The notes under the pieces were generated by a model. It saw only the letters and a list, made by a program, of their open reading frames with translations. It was not told the DNA's origin and did not search any database. A stretch of 64,000 nucleotides of DNA from a virus. This document shows, in pieces, positions 63,501 through 64,000 of this stretch. Positions within the stretch are counted from its first letter, which is position 1. Every line of letters starts with the position of its first letter. The position numbers and the translations under genes are program-made. The stretch covers positions 30,350 through 94,349 of IMG/VR virus record IMGVR_UViG_3300029286_000018. One strand, given 5' to 3'.

Positions 63501-64000
63501 TTATAATAACTTGAAAGTTATTTTCACGCATGGTGTAAATATTGGTAATATAAAAAATATAGTGCTTCCAAAAACTGTTTCCAACATAGGAGATCTATCT
63601 ACCGGATCAATACTATCTAGTGACTCTGATGGATATACATTTGATCAAAAGACTTTTTCTGCGTCATACTCTGAATATGCTAAAAAAGTAGTAAATTCAT
63701 CGATACCAGAAAAGAATGTAGTTTTTATTCACAGTCATCCTAATCACAGTATATCTGACTGGAATGAGCTTATCTATGGAATTGATCAGGCAATTAGTTT
63801 ACCATTCGCGCTGCGTTCAAGCGTAAATCCGAATCAAACCGACGCCGGTGGTGGCCTATCCACTGATGATGATAGTGGTTCTTCTGGTAGCTCTAGTTCT
63901 TCTAGATTACTTGGAGACATTAATGGTGATGGAATTGTTAATAGTCAAGATTTGGGTGAATTGCTTGGTAGCTGGGGTCCTTGTCTTGGGTGCCCTGCGG
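60559..64000 (+). CDS. 3'-truncated ORF (>1,140 aa) with dockerin/EF-hand-like motifs at both ends; absent from the ORF track
   Basis: ATG 60559 (MNYIKPLF). No stop seen when read by hand to ~62600, and the final lines are in the same frame. CPDFNNDGIVDSKDLGIL..DLNGDGIVDIGD near the N-terminus; GDINGDGIVNSQDLGELLGSWGPCLGCPA at the window end. Confidence 0.85.
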   Translation, partial: MNYIKPLFRIDRRPIVKINCANILNDTNSDLRNLPCPDFNNDGIVDSKDLGILTANIGTRNSLYDLNGDGIVDIGDVNLLISYYGLLNCAQWSGSAYSNVCNSARMSRGVASLCQPNGFYNFFNIKLQRLYDAGVRRFVLQCPSGTFSNTILSSNIRDPFDASGAYSVLTSQTKEVLNCNEPGIPFDKSNNISGGYFESFRGLMREWVGSLGENVEIFIEINSSVLMLGAEVDYSNIMLRADLGDSHFYESFDPDNIKHVEWLSYNTQEMDTDGLSGIALNNFGAKSLGRFDGYKNINHFMSSTFNGQEVMCTNLPNINGNLYNFEEYSKCKFVFDQDNFNLATFNKMANARLFQYNAEIHAIASANISKSESDFYDLAYNYGCVPGLKLTYNDDIDVGSVSSAIGRMKNAIESAERKISLGQNGRKFYLFSEYAGNTADSNNVVSSKNNYLRSDLAKAKDTIVPVIKANCSVNISNLSIDIARTYIPAWWFTNNRQSCIDSSMLNFVSDSWTVPNSSSILNASVPSPYGTIGPEKCADAVFDQNIYYQIFYNGTSAAKIDFKQSKNFIVKLENWGDLHDHIYSDSPFEGTTLDQNGWCRLFTHGADKVRPYRDSDLNLDYNPIDPAKNLFAYNGSQECAMWVKRFIARFKWRQGYLASYDADYVVPSPSLIYIDEQTTIQVSDFINYKNVNTGLMSRKYFGSWFNHFNDSRYSLQTIGFKWRDSVSLSDAFFAATSQYSNEFSVIRTDGNSQSTFGKILPSDYKPTSNQVTYDNQSNASMEKWLQILIDEVVARRVYESFGVQVEKAFSNGRYSQKGFVGYVPSSDLYGNIHAPFYPLINRWQNYNGKYGFNDVKSSSFLVSYIHPVSVIASKFASTKLGWSPSILNSDINIRFEILDYYSSAFSGDLQNSQWGWPIFYNNDSDDRGSYIYGTGNSDFATGYSIGDAHQRSLRTNLIYNHKKYINYLLNTIDSLDSNSTFYNNLKVIFTHGVNIGNIKNIVLPKTVSNIGDLSTGSILSSDSDGYTFDQKTFSASYSEYAKKVVNSSIPEKNVVFIHSHPNHSISDWNELIYGIDQAISLPFALRSSVNPNQTDAGGGLSTDDDSGSSGSSSSSRLLGDINGDGIVNSQDLGELLGSWGPCLGCPA

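Noticed and set aside
1-64000. Stop-codon reassignment as in some large phages
   Set aside because: Genes tile the window in the standard code, and TAA, TGA and TAG all end genes at sensible boundaries.
1-64000. tRNA or other structured RNA genes accompanying cca
   Set aside because: Intergenic gaps are mostly too short and no cloverleaf or T-loop pattern was recognised; tRNAscan-SE would settle it.

Overview
This 64-kb window is the virion morphogenesis region of a large tailed dsDNA phage (Caudoviricetes). It is AT-rich, densely packed, reads in the standard genetic code, and all convincing genes but one are on the + strand. Gene order: head-associated ORFs; portal; a 1933-aa prohead protease/scaffold; cement protein; HK97-fold major capsid protein; terminator; free-standing endonuclease; CCA-adding enzyme; an accessory cluster (glycosyltransferases, subtilase, CHRD-like protein, neck protein, PhoH, actin-fold ATPase); head-tail connectors; tail tube; tail chaperones with a -1 frameshift; tape measure; hub; and very large tail-tip/fibre proteins. 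The last gene is an unlisted ORF of more than 1,100 aa that carries dockerin-like motifs and runs off the end. I recognised no terminase, tail sheath, tRNA or CRISPR array, so the tail is probably non-contractile. Most notable observations: (1) a K-x-A-[S/Q] motif strongly enriched in head proteins and echoed in the CCA enzyme's N-terminal leader, suggesting an unusual maturation-cleavage and cargo-loading system; (2) a portal fused to a Vsr/DUF559-like nuclease bracketed by these motifs; (3) a second, unannotated -1 frameshift adding a zinc ribbon just upstream of the portal; (4) an actin-like ATPase with a candidate adaptor inside the neck cluster; (5) intact and degenerate glycosyltransferases among structural genes; (6) Planctomycetota/Phycisphaerae-style surface domains pointing to the host. 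All calls come from motif recognition by eye; no searches were run.
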